From Planctomycetota bacterium (GTDB lineage: Bacteria; Planctomycetota; UBA8108; SXIK01): DNA of 64,000 nt. Below, piece by piece: positions 37,303 to 47,700 of this stretch. Below the pieces are notes generated by a model, which saw only the letters and a list, made by a program, of their open reading frames with translations, did no database searches and was not told the DNA's origin. The stretch is taken from the NCBI GenBank assembly GCA_965223265.1, contig OZ244999.1, forward strand, positions 7,776,001 through 7,840,000, written 5' to 3'. The number at the start of each line of letters is the position of its first letter. Position 1 is the stretch's first letter. The translations under genes and the position numbers were made by a program.

Positions 37303-38967
37303 ATGCAACCGACGTCGCAGGTCCGATTTCCCCTTGGCTGGTTCCTCTTCTGCTTCGCGGCAACCGGCGCGGCCAGCGCGGGCGAGAGCCTGCACGAGCG
37401 CGTCGACCGCCTCCTCGAAGCGTCAGACGAGCTCCAAGCCCGAGATGCGGAGCCGGCGCGCGACGCGGCGTTCCTGCGCCGAGTCTACCTCGATCTGACC
37501 GGGGTCATCCCGCCGGCGGACACCGTCCGAGACTTCCTTCGCGAGCGCTCTGCCGGGAAACGCCGGGAAGTCGTCGACCGCCTCCTCGGGAGCCGCGCGT
37601 ACGCCAGGCACATGGCCCGCGTCTTCGACGTCCTCCTCATGCGACGCCGGCGCGATCGGCACGTTCCCGCGGCGGAGTGGCGGTCTTACCTCACAGCTGC
37701 GGTCACCGCGGACAAACCTTGGACCGACGTCGTCACTGAGATTCTCGATGCGGACGGAACGGAGGGGCGGAACCGAGCCGCGGCGAAGTTCTACCTCGAC
37801 CGCCAAGCGAAGACCGATGAGATCGTCCGGGACATCAGCTCGATCTTTCTGGGACGGGATCTCCGCTGCGCTCAGTGTCACGACCACCCCACAGTCGACG
37901 AGTACGAGCAGGTCCACTACCAAGGCCTGGCCGCCTTTCTCCAGCGCACGTACCTCGTCAAGCTCGAAGGCAGCGACCAAGCGGTCCTCGGCGAAAAGGC
38001 GGAAGGCGAGACGGAGTTCGCCTCCGCGCTGACTGGAGAAGGCGGCGTCACGGGACCGCGCGTCTTCGACGTCCGCCTGCCTGTGGATCCTGTCTTTCCA
38101 GCGGGGGAGACCTATCGGGTCGCGCCCGCCGAAGGGATCCAGGCGGTGCCGAAGTTCAGCCGCCGGCGAGAGCTGGCACTCGCCCTCGCCGATCATCCTC
38201 TTTTCGCTCGGAATCTTGCCAACCGGCTCTGGGCGATGGTCATGGGACGTGGCCTGGTCGAACCGGTGGACCTCCACAACGCTGAAAACCCTGCTTCCCA
38301 CCGCCAGCTTCTCGACCTCTTGGCACAAGAGCTCAAGGCTTCGCGCTACGACATCCGAAACTTCCTTCGCGAGTTACTCCTCACGCGGATGTACGCAAAG
38401 CCTAGGCCGGCGCTCGCGCCTGCCGCATCCCTCGAGCAGGCGCCCATCGCGACGCCGCGCCCTCTGTCGCCGGAACAGCTAGCCTGGAGCCTGCTGCAGG
38501 CAACCGGCTGGATCGACGCCGAAAGGAGAGCGCTGGAAGAAACCAAGGAACAGACCGACTCGGAGGGTCGTTTGCACTCCTCTGCCGAGTCGCGCGAGAA
38601 GACGCTTCACGCGCGCATCGAGCGCGAGGCACAACCGGTCGTCAAGACCTTCGTGACGAGCCTTCCGGGTGAGGCCGACGGCGCCGACGCGACCCCGGAG
38701 CAAGCGCTTTTCCTCCTCAACGGCGCGCCGCTGAAGGGCTGGCTTGCACCACGGGCCGGGAACCTTATCGCGCGTCTCCTCGGTCTCGACAACGCCGGCC
38801 ACGTCGCGGAGGAGCTCTACCTCAGCGTCCTCAGCCGCTTGCCGCGCGAAGAGGAGCGTCAGAGGGTTGCGCGCTATCTCATCGCCTTCGAGGGAGAGAA
38901 GACCGAGGCGCTCAGCGATCTCGTCTGGGCGCTCGTGACGTCAGTCGAATTCCGTTTTCAGCGTTAA
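37303..38967 (+). CDS. DUF1549/DUF1553 domain protein
   Basis: FLRRVYLDLTGVIP, CAQCHDHP, NRLWAMVMGRGLVEPVD and DLVWALVTSVEF motifs. Confidence 0.92.
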   Translation: MQPTSQVRFPLGWFLFCFAATGAASAGESLHERVDRLLEASDELQARDAEPARDAAFLRRVYLDLTGVIPPADTVRDFLRERSAGKRREVVDRLLGSRAYARHMARVFDVLLMRRRRDRHVPAAEWRSYLTAAVTADKPWTDVVTEILDADGTEGRNRAAAKFYLDRQAKTDEIVRDISSIFLGRDLRCAQCHDHPTVDEYEQVHYQGLAAFLQRTYLVKLEGSDQAVLGEKAEGETEFASALTGEGGVTGPRVFDVRLPVDPVFPAGETYRVAPAEGIQAVPKFSRRRELALALADHPLFARNLANRLWAMVMGRGLVEPVDLHNAENPASHRQLLDLLAQELKASRYDIRNFLRELLLTRMYAKPRPALAPAASLEQAPIATPRPLSPEQLAWSLLQATGWIDAERRALEETKEQTDSEGRLHSSAESREKTLHARIEREAQPVVKTFVTSLPGEADGADATPEQALFLLNGAPLKGWLAPRAGNLIARLLGLDNAGHVAEELYLSVLSRLPREEERQRVARYLIAFEGEKTEALSDLVWALVTSVEFRFQR

Positions 38968-38982
38968 GCTAGTTGTTGCGAC

Positions 38983-40332
38983 GTGCAGAATCTAGATCCG
39001 AACGAACTTCAAAGCTCCACCAAAGTCGCCACGCCGGGTGCGGATGCCTCGGACGGAGCGCCTTGCTGTAACCTCGCCGAGCATCGGGTCTCTCGCCGAC
39101 TCTTCCTTGGAGGCTTCGCCGCGGGAATGTTTGGGACAGGGGTCCTCTTTCAACCCCTGATGGCGAGAGAGCTCAAGGCGCGAGCGAAACGAATCCTTCT
39201 CGTCTTTCAGCACGGTGGGCTGAGCCAACTCGAGAGCTGGGATCCGAAGCCGGGCACTGACACCGGTGGGCCGTTTCGGACAATCCCGACCTCGGTGCCG
39301 GGCGTCCACATCTCGGAGTTGATGCCGCTCACGGCTCGTCAGGTGCACCGCCTCGTCCTCTTGCGCGGACTCAACACGGGCGACGCAAACCACGACTCGG
39401 CGCGAGTCACCATGCTCACCGGGTGGAAGCAGGGACTGGTCGGCGGGGAGTATCCGTCGATGGGGGCCATTTGCACGAAGCTGCTGGCGAAGGGTCGCCC
39501 GCGGCCCTCCTACATTGTTCTCACCAACCGTGACCAGTGGCATTTAGCCTCTCGCATCGACGCCTCGTATCTCGGTCCCCGCTACGCACCGGTGGTCGCG
39601 TTTGATGAGAAGCCGCCCGACAACCTCGCGGATCCGGACGCGGGAAGCGCGGCGCGGCGGAAGCGGCGCACGGAGCTTCGCCGCCTTCTGGGTGAGCGCT
39701 CTCGTGGCCAGTTCCGCCTTCCCGAAGAAGAGGCGTACGACCAGACCTTCAAAACGGCGGCGGAGCTCATCGAAAAACAGAAGCTGTTTGATCTCAGTGA
39801 AGTGTCGCCACGGGACCACGATCGCTACGGAAGACACGAGTTCGGCCAGCGCTGCCTGATCGCCCGCAAGCTCCTGGAAGAAGAGTGCACTTTCGTCAAG
39901 CTCAACCACGGCAACTACGACACCCACTTCGAAAACTTCAATCATCACCTGCACCGACTCGACGAGTTCGATCGGCCGTTTGCGGCGCTGCTTCAAGACA
40001 TCGCCGATCGCGGTCTTCTCGAGAGCACGCTCGTCATCGTGACCGGTGAGTTCGGCCGGACGCCAAAGATCAACTCCAGCATCGGTAGGGATCACTGGGC
40101 GGACTCTTGGTCGCTTGCCATGGCCGGATGCGGCCTCCAGGCCGGAGCCGTCTATGGGAAGACCAGCGCCAACGGCACCGAGGTGACCGATGGCGAAGTA
40201 AAGTTCGGCGACCTCTTCCACACCTTCTACACGGCGCTCGGCTTGGATCCGAAGAAGCACCTGCGCGATGGAGACCGTCCGGTTCCCGTCACCGATCCCG
40301 ACGGGAGTCCCATCCAGGAAGTCCTCGCGTGA
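38983..40332 (+). CDS. DUF1501 domain protein
   Basis: SRRLFL, GGLSQLESWDPKP, YDTH, GEFGRTP and GRDHW motifs. Confidence 0.92.
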   Translation: MQNLDPNELQSSTKVATPGADASDGAPCCNLAEHRVSRRLFLGGFAAGMFGTGVLFQPLMARELKARAKRILLVFQHGGLSQLESWDPKPGTDTGGPFRTIPTSVPGVHISELMPLTARQVHRLVLLRGLNTGDANHDSARVTMLTGWKQGLVGGEYPSMGAICTKLLAKGRPRPSYIVLTNRDQWHLASRIDASYLGPRYAPVVAFDEKPPDNLADPDAGSAARRKRRTELRRLLGERSRGQFRLPEEEAYDQTFKTAAELIEKQKLFDLSEVSPRDHDRYGRHEFGQRCLIARKLLEEECTFVKLNHGNYDTHFENFNHHLHRLDEFDRPFAALLQDIADRGLLESTLVIVTGEFGRTPKINSSIGRDHWADSWSLAMAGCGLQAGAVYGKTSANGTEVTDGEVKFGDLFHTFYTALGLDPKKHLRDGDRPVPVTDPDGSPIQEVLA

Positions 40333-41342
40333 GTGCGGCGGCGGCTTCTCTCGACCCTCGAAACGCCCTCGTGGTTGAAGAGTTCCGTCACGATCGCGCC
40401 GTCAACTGCTGCGCCTTCGACTCGAGTGGGCAGTTTCTCTACGCCGGGGCGGAAGATCACTTCTTGCACCGATGGGAGCTTGCTACGGGTGCTCACGCGA
40501 CACTTCAGGCGCACGAGAGCTGGATCAGCGGGTTCGCTTGCCTCCCCGAGGGAAAGCTCATCACCGCGGCCTACGACGGCAGGCTCGGGTGGTGGAGCGA
40601 AGGCTCCGACGCTCCCGCGGAGTTCACCGAAGCGCATCAGGGATGGGTCCGTGCGATCACTCTGAGCCCAGACGGCAAGCTGGTCGCCAGCTGTGGCAAC
40701 GACCGCCTGGTGAAGGTGTGGTCGAGCGGGGCGGGAGAGCTCGTCCGAGAGCTCGAAGGGCACGCGAGTGACGTGTACAGCGTCGCGTTCCACCCCGGCG
40801 GCCGCCACTTGGTCTCCGCCGACCACCGCGGCGTGATTCGGCAGTGGGACACCGGAACCTGGTCTCCTACCCGCGAGCTCGATGCGGCTCCCCTCTACAC
40901 TTGGCACAAGGGATACCGGGCGGCGGCGGGCGGCGTGCGCAAGATGAGCTTTAGCAGCGACGGCCGCCTGCTTGCCGGCTGCGGCCTCACGGACGCCACC
41001 GACACATTCGGGCAGGTGGTCCATCCGGTCGTCGCCCTCTTCGACTGGGAAAGCGGCAAACGCGTCCGCCTCCTTCGTCCCGGTGGCGACGAGTACGGAG
41101 TTGGTTGGGGCGTGAATTTCCATCCGACCGAGCCGTTTCTCGTCGCCGTCAGTGGTGGACGCACGGCGCGGCACGTCTACTTCTGGCGCTACGAAGACGA
41201 AAAGCCTTTTCACGTTCTGGCACTTGAGAGTGCAGCTCGCGACCTAGCGATCCACCCTGCTGGGCAGCTCTTGGCGGCAGCCTGCCACGATGGAGCAGTG
41301 CGCGTCATCGACCTCGCGCCGAGGAACGTGCGGCGGTTTTGA
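40329..41342 (+). CDS. WD40 repeat protein
   Basis: AHESW, AHQGWVR, GHASDVYSVAFHP and WD motifs. The GTG start overlaps the upstream stop (GTGA). Confidence 0.9.
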   Translation: MSAAAASLDPRNALVVEEFRHDRAVNCCAFDSSGQFLYAGAEDHFLHRWELATGAHATLQAHESWISGFACLPEGKLITAAYDGRLGWWSEGSDAPAEFTEAHQGWVRAITLSPDGKLVASCGNDRLVKVWSSGAGELVRELEGHASDVYSVAFHPGGRHLVSADHRGVIRQWDTGTWSPTRELDAAPLYTWHKGYRAAAGGVRKMSFSSDGRLLAGCGLTDATDTFGQVVHPVVALFDWESGKRVRLLRPGGDEYGVGWGVNFHPTEPFLVAVSGGRTARHVYFWRYEDEKPFHVLALESAARDLAIHPAGQLLAAACHDGAVRVIDLAPRNVRRF

Positions 41343-41556
41343 GATGTCACGTTCGCCGCGTGACGAAGCTCCACCATAAAAGTTTGCACCGACTCTTCCG
41401 GTTCTCTGGTGCGGTCTTGGTGGAGGATCCCGACTGCAATCGAAGAATCTCCGGGACTCGATCGATGCACGGAGAATATCACTTTCTCCAGGCGTTCGGG
41501 TTAACATGTTACTCCCCAGCGACAATGTCGGGGATCCCAGCGCGCGAGATCGAGTC

Positions 41557-42171
41557 ATGGCGGACACTCAGAGCGACGACCTAGAAGCGACGATCAACCT
41601 CGTCAAGAAGGCCAACGACGGCAACTCCGTGGCTCTCGAGGAGTTGTTCGAACGCTACATGCCCCGTGTCCGCCGCATCGTCCGATTTCGTATTGGCCGC
41701 AAGGCCGTGAACTCCCTCGACATCGATGACCTCGTGCAGGAGAGCCTGCTCAAGGCATTTCAAAACCTCGACCAGTTCGACCTGCAGTCGACGGGACGCT
41801 TCCACAATTGGCTCGCGCGCGGCGTCGAGCGCCAAATCATCGATCACTGGCGTGGCGGTCAAGCACAGAAGCGTGGCGGTGGACGCGAACGCCGCTTCGC
41901 TGACTGTCCGGCCGACGAGCTCAGCTCGACGATCTTTCGCGGGCAAGAGCCGACTTCAAGTCAGGTCTATCGTGCCAAAGAGCTCGAATCCCGCATCGAC
42001 GCGGAACTTCTCAAAATGGATGAAGCCGACCGCGAAGTGATCGTGCTGCGGCAACTCTGCGAGATGTCCTACGCCGAGGTCGCCGAGTCTCTCGGGCTGC
42101 CCAGTGAAGCGGCTGCGAGGAAGGCGTTCTCTCGGGCGCTGCGCAAGCTCAAGGAAAAGGTGAGCGCCTAG
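41557..42171 (+). CDS. ECF sigma-70 factor
   Basis: LEELFERY, DIDDLVQE, FHNWL and IIDHWR in region 2; DREVIVLR...MSYAEVAESLG...FSRAL in region 4. Confidence 0.92.
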   Translation: MADTQSDDLEATINLVKKANDGNSVALEELFERYMPRVRRIVRFRIGRKAVNSLDIDDLVQESLLKAFQNLDQFDLQSTGRFHNWLARGVERQIIDHWRGGQAQKRGGGRERRFADCPADELSSTIFRGQEPTSSQVYRAKELESRIDAELLKMDEADREVIVLRQLCEMSYAEVAESLGLPSEAAARKAFSRALRKLKEKVSA

Positions 42172-42235
42172 CACTTTTCTTCTCCAACTCGAGGCTAACA
42201 GCCTAACATTCAGCGCGGTACTGCGGCGGACGTGA

Positions 42236-42271
42236 GAAAAAACTTCGTCACACGCCGGTCCGGATCGCGTC
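42236..42271 (+). promoter_or_regulatory. Candidate ECF-type promoter
   Basis: An A-tract followed by GTCACA-N15-CGTC, between the sigma gene and the second sigma/kinase unit. Confidence 0.45.
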
Positions 42272-42326
42272 CACACCTGGGAGGGCTTGAGAGCCCACGA
42301 TCAAACCAGGCTGGCCGCGTGCGAGA

Positions 42327-42899
42327 ATGAACTCCATGGAACCCACAACCGAAAACGACGAGCTCGGCATGTCGAGCCTCTTGACCCAGGCACGCGCCGG
42401 ACACGCACCGGCGAAGAGAGCGCTCGCCGAGCGACTCGCGGCCCCGCTCGAACGGCTTGCCGCCAATCTGGCACCTCAATCGGTACGCCAATCCTCGAGC
42501 CCACACGACCTCATGGTCGAAGCGCTACGTCGCGGCCTCGATTCCATCGACTCGTGCCAAACAGTGTCTGACGCCGGCGCTGTGCTCGCGCTGCGAGAGA
42601 CACTGCTCGAGGTGATTCAGATGCGCGCGGCTCAAGCGCACGCGGACCGCGGCAACGAACTCTCCGACGACGACCGCAAGTCGCAGCTCGAGTTAGGTCC
42701 GCACCGCGATGCGTGGCGCCGCTATGTTCATCTGTTGCCACAGCTCGACGAAACGAAACGCGCCGCCCTCATTCTCTTTGTCGAGGGCGGGCTCGAGCTC
42801 GACGCCATCGCACCGATTCTCGGCGCCGCGAGCGGCGAAGAGATGCGGGAGCCGGTCGCGGCGGCGATCGCGCAGCTCAGTGGGGAGGATGTTCGATGA
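42327..42899 (+). CDS. Degenerate ECF sigma-like protein
   Basis: LLTQARAG...LAERL, HDLMVEAL and LDETKRAALIL...GLELDAIAPILG follow an ECF layout with eroded consensus. ATGA-coupled to the kinase gene. Confidence 0.65.
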   Translation: MNSMEPTTENDELGMSSLLTQARAGHAPAKRALAERLAAPLERLAANLAPQSVRQSSSPHDLMVEALRRGLDSIDSCQTVSDAGAVLALRETLLEVIQMRAAQAHADRGNELSDDDRKSQLELGPHRDAWRRYVHLLPQLDETKRAALILFVEGGLELDAIAPILGAASGEEMREPVAAAIAQLSGEDVR

Positions 42900-44635
42900 A
42901 CTCCAGCGATCGCCGCGGCGAAAACGCACCGCCAGCGAACTCGAGACGGAACGCCTCCGAGACCTTCGGATCGTGGTCAGGCACCGCCAGCGAGCAGTTT
43001 CTCGAAGACATGGAACGCTGGGCTTCCGATCCCGAGACACGAGTGCGGGTCAAGGAGCTCAGCGCGCTCCGAGCCTCGTTTGCAGGTGCCGCGTCGGGGA
43101 TCCATGCCTCGCAGCTCGGCTGGCCCGAGTTTCCAGGTTTCACGCTCCTCGACAAGCTCGGCCAAGGCAGTTTCGGTGCCGTCTACAGGGCGCGTGACGA
43201 CGAACTCAGGCGCGAGGTGGCGCTCAAAGTGCTGCTGCCGCACGCCATGATCGACAAGGAGGCACGCGAGAGCTTCCTCAACGAAGCGCGTGTCCTCGCC
43301 CGCGTGCGCCACCAAAACGTTCTCACGATCCATTCGATCGAGACGAGTGGCGAGCGCATCGGGCTCGTCATGGAATTCATCGATGGTGAAACTTTGGATG
43401 CAGGTGTCGAACGCAGTGGCTCGCTCGGCGCCGAGGAAGCGATACAAATCGGAATCCAAACGTGCCGTGCGCTCGCAGCGGTTCACGCCTCGGGCTTAGT
43501 CCACCGCGACGTCAAAACGGCCAACATCTTGCGCGAACGGGGTGGGCGCATCGTCCTCAGCGATTTCGGTCTTGGGATTTTCATCGACACGGCCGAACGC
43601 ACGCGCCTAGCTGGTACGCCGCTCTTCATGGCGCCAGAGCAAATCGAAGGCGCCAAGCCGGACGGGCGCAGCGATCTCTACGCACTCGGGGTCGTGCTCT
43701 ACTGGCTCGTGGCACAGTCCTACCCCTTTTCGACTGCGGTGCGCGTCGACGAACTCTTTGCCGCCAAGCGCAGTGGTCAAGTCGCGCCGCTTCGCGACAA
43801 ACGTCCGGACCTACCGGAAGAGTTCGTCGAGGTCGTCCAGCGCGCACTCCGCACCGACCCCGACGAGCGTTTTCAGTCAGCGGGCGAGATGGAGAGCGCT
43901 CTCATCGATTGCCTCAAGTCGGGGTCCGGCACGCGTTCCACCGCGGTGCATGTGGATGCCAACGCCGCCTCGCCCGGTCGCGTGGAAGCCCCAAGAAGTG
44001 CGTCTCAATCTCTCCGCGCCGGCCGCAAACGCCGGCATGCCGTACTGTGGACAGGCGTCGCGGCGTTGATCCTGGCTGCAATCCTCGTCGCCTTGCGTCT
44101 GCCTGTGGTCTTCGGCTTCAGTGTTGAGGAAGCGTCACTGTGGGCGGTCGGTCAGTTCGGAGAACGGCGCCGAGTCGAGGAAAGCGAGCTCCCACGGCTA
44201 GAGGAACCGTTTTATCTGGAGTTTCGCGCCGACACGGAGCTCTTCGTGTATCTCTTGAGCGAGGACGAATGCTCGTTTCCCATTCCACAAGCGCGGTCGA
44301 AGAACCCTCTGGCTCCCGGTCAGTCCCACCGTCTCCCAGGGCGCAAGGTGAACGGCACCTTTGAGGCGCTGCAGGTCAGCGACGGCACGAGCGACACTCT
44401 CTTTCTGGTCGCGTCGCGAACGCCGATCGCGTCTTTGGAACCAGAATCGCTGTCCGACGAGGAAGCACCGCCGCCGGAGGATCTGCGAACGATCGAGCAC
44501 CTCGAGGTCAACGTCAATTGGTCCGGTCAAGAGCAAGCCGCCGTCGACCTCTATCGATCGATTCAGCAGTCGAGTCGATGGGCGCTCTGGCGAAAGGGAT
44601 GGTGGGTGAAGCGTTTCGACGTCGCCAATCCGTAA
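42896..44635 (+). CDS. Membrane Ser/Thr protein kinase with C-terminal DUF4384-like domain
   Basis: LGQGSFG, VALK, HRDVKTAN, DFG and GTPLFMAPE; TM helix; FYLEFRADTELFVYLLSED...FP...LPG. RBS GGAGG. Confidence 0.9.
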   Translation: MNSSDRRGENAPPANSRRNASETFGSWSGTASEQFLEDMERWASDPETRVRVKELSALRASFAGAASGIHASQLGWPEFPGFTLLDKLGQGSFGAVYRARDDELRREVALKVLLPHAMIDKEARESFLNEARVLARVRHQNVLTIHSIETSGERIGLVMEFIDGETLDAGVERSGSLGAEEAIQIGIQTCRALAAVHASGLVHRDVKTANILRERGGRIVLSDFGLGIFIDTAERTRLAGTPLFMAPEQIEGAKPDGRSDLYALGVVLYWLVAQSYPFSTAVRVDELFAAKRSGQVAPLRDKRPDLPEEFVEVVQRALRTDPDERFQSAGEMESALIDCLKSGSGTRSTAVHVDANAASPGRVEAPRSASQSLRAGRKRRHAVLWTGVAALILAAILVALRLPVVFGFSVEEASLWAVGQFGERRRVEESELPRLEEPFYLEFRADTELFVYLLSEDECSFPIPQARSKNPLAPGQSHRLPGRKVNGTFEALQVSDGTSDTLFLVASRTPIASLEPESLSDEEAPPPEDLRTIEHLEVNVNWSGQEQAAVDLYRSIQQSSRWALWRKGWWVKRFDVANP

Positions 44636-44711
44636 ACCTTGCGCTGCCCAGAGGGGCGGAGAAGGATCACGACCTCGGCTGACTCGGTGGTGTCGTTCTT
44701 CACCGCTTTGA

Positions 44712-47700
44712 TCACTCCCAATCCCCCGCACCGACAAACCCAGCCCAGTAAAACGGTGCATCGGACGCGCCTCGCTCGCGCCGGCGCTGAAGGACGCGGA
44801 GGCTGGCCTCACGCACGCTGTGCGCGGCGCCGAGGCGATCGTCGAACCGGGCGCGATAGAGCTCCGCCATCCACTCCTGGGTCGCTGCGTCCTGCACTGG
44901 CCACAGACTCGTGATCAGCGTTCGCGCTCCGGCGGAGAAAAAAGCGCGTCGCAAGCCAAACACTCCCTCGCCGCTGCGGACCTCACCGATCCCCGTCGAG
45001 CAGGCCGAGAGCACAGCCCACTCGACGCGTTGGAGATCGAGCGCCGCGACTTCTTCCGCGGTGAGGATGCCATCGTCAACAGCGGCAGTGGATACCGCCG
45101 CGGCAGCGCTCGTGCGTCGATTCGCGCCGGCGCACGCCAAACCCGACAGGAGCAGCGGACTCGCAGCCTGCGGCCGGCGTGAGCGACCGACAAGCGGCGC
45201 AACTCGCCGTAGATCCAGGTCCCCTGAAACCCTCTGCGGTCGCCGACTCTCCTGGTCGCACACAGCGTCAAGATAGAAGCCGTGTGTCGCCAGATGAAGG
45301 ACAGTGGCACGCGGCGCCATCTCTTTGACCGCGGCTTCCGTAGCCTTGCTGCCGAGGAGCAACGAGACGCGCGGCGGTTTTACGCCACGGGTGACGCTGG
45401 TGTCTCGCTGCAGGAGGGCAGAGATCGCCCGCGCTTCCGACTCGGTACCCGGAAGGGCACGAAACCGCACGTCAGCCATCCGCACGCAATCCGACCGCGG
45501 CGACGCGGCGTTGTCGCCGAGCGCCGACTCTCCATACGGGCCGTAGGTTGGATGCCCGAGAGCGACCAGGTGAAACTCATCGCTTTCAGGTGTCCCGGTA
45601 CCCATCGCATCGGTATCGCCTCCGTCCTCATCACTTCGGCGACGAGCATGATCGCCCTTGCGAGCGCTCGGGCGCGTGGCGAGATCTTTCGCCGCCGCGA
45701 GGTAGTGGATCGTTGGTCCCGACTCAAGAACGAAGCGGTCTGCGTCCGTCGCGTTTGGGAGCGCGGCGAAACTCACAAAGCAGAGGCTCGCGTCAGGCAC
45801 GAGAAAGACGAAGCTCGGCGGCTGTTCGCACTGCCTCATGGCCGGATCCCAAGTGCGGCGTCTCAGATCGTCGCCCAAAGCGCCGAGTTCTTCGCGGGCT
45901 CGGCGGCGTTCAGCTGCAGACTCTCTCGACGACAAACCCTCGAGTCGATGGAGGCGCGCGACGACACCGCGCCATCGCTTCACGAGAACATCGATAGCGT
46001 CGGCGCGCCCGAGGTCGACGCAGCGCGGGCCCGCGCGCGCGCCTTCGCCAACAAGGGCCAAGTAGGAGGGAATCGCGCGCGGTTTGCCGCTGCGCCGCTC
46101 GAGCTTTTGGTAGCGAACGAACGAAACCAACGCACTGTTTGCGGGTGCGCGCACGAGCGCTGCTCGGATCGCCTCCCAGTCGATCTCAAAACGCGACGCG
46201 TCAGTCTTGTCGCTGGCGCCAAATCCGAGCTCCACGAGGGCTGCCTCAGCACGCTCTTTGCGCCTCCGCGCCGCGGTCGTCTCAAGACCCTGCACCCAAC
46301 AGTTCGCCAGCGCCTGGCGCGCCGCCGCGAGCTCCGCCAACAGCTGCGAGCGCGTCGGTTCAACCTCTGCCCCTGCGCCGCTCTTCGCATCCCAAGCGCC
46401 GGGGGCGGCGCTCTGCTTCATGGCATCAAGCGTTCCTCGGCGCTGCAGCATTGCGTCGAATACGAGTCCACGCGAGCGAACAAGCGCGTCGGATGCAGCC
46501 GCAACATCGCTTGGAGATAGCTCGGCGTGATGGTCAGCGAGAAGCGACAAAAGAACGTCAAGGCTCGTCGCGTCGAGACCGAAGACCTGCAAGTAGACCG
46601 CCTGCATCTCCAGCGCCTGACGTTCCGGGAGAAACGGCAACGTCGACACCAAGCCTTGGCGGCGTCTGCGCTCAGCCTCTAGAGCATGGCGAAACGCTGT
46701 GTGCAGATTCCCTCGTGCGAGCTCAACGGTGGCGAGGTAGGTGAGACTGTGGAAGACGAGCTTGTGTTCGTCGCCGAGCGCCTCGCGGCGAATCGCAAGT
46801 GCGCGCTCGAAAAGTCGCGCGGCGCGATCTAAATCTCCCGCCTCGAGCTCGAGGAGCGCCTGATTGCTCAGCGTCCAAGCGACGGCGCGGTGTTGCCTGC
46901 CAAGAAGCGGCTCGCGAATCTTCAGAGCCGCGTCGTAGAGCGAGCGCGCCCGATTCAGCTTGCGCGCGTCGTGGTAGAGATAGCCCAGGTTGTTGAGAGC
47001 CGAGGCTTTCTCGGCTTCATTTGGCGACGCCATCGAATTCCAAATGTCGAGTGCGGCTTCGAAGCGCTGTCGGGCGCCGGAGAAGTCGCCGAGGTCATGC
47101 AGCAACCGACCGATGTTATTGAGGACAAGGGCCGTGCTGCGCTCCGCGTCAGACGCCTTGAGCCAATGGGTATGCGCGGCCTCGAAGTGTGGCGCCGCTT
47201 CGAGGAAATCGCCCATGTTGTGAAGCAAGAGACCGTAGTTGTTGTGAGCCATGGCGCGCGCGTGCGCGGTCTGCTCGCCGGAGGCTGCGTCGAGGTGCGT
47301 CAAGGCACGGTCGAAGTGCGCCTTGGCATCATCAAAGCGCCCGGTCTGGCGGCAGAGTTCGCCCAGGTTGAGATGGCCGATGGCAAGACCGAGCGGCGCC
47401 GCGCCGTGATGCGACTTGATCGCCAAGGAGCGTTCGAGCGCATCGGTGGCGCGACCGTATCGGCCGGCGGCGTTGAGCACGGCACCCAGGTTCTCGAGAC
47501 TGACGGCAAGCGAAGGCGCGTTCGGCTCGAGCAACTGCTCCTTGAGCTCGAGGGCGCGCTCGGCCGCCTGACGCGTCTCGGGCGCCGCGCCTTGGCCGGC
47601 GTAGTAGAGAGCCTCGACGAGCGCGTCATGCGCCTCAGCTGCGGCGAGTGAATCAGCGCCGTCTCGTTTGATCACGCGCGTCAGCTCGGCACGCGCTGCT

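Noticed and set aside
41346-41364. GTCACG-N7-CGTGAC palindrome after the WD40 gene
   Set aside because: Six-bp arms are expected by chance in GC-rich DNA, and there is no U-tract or second copy to support a function.
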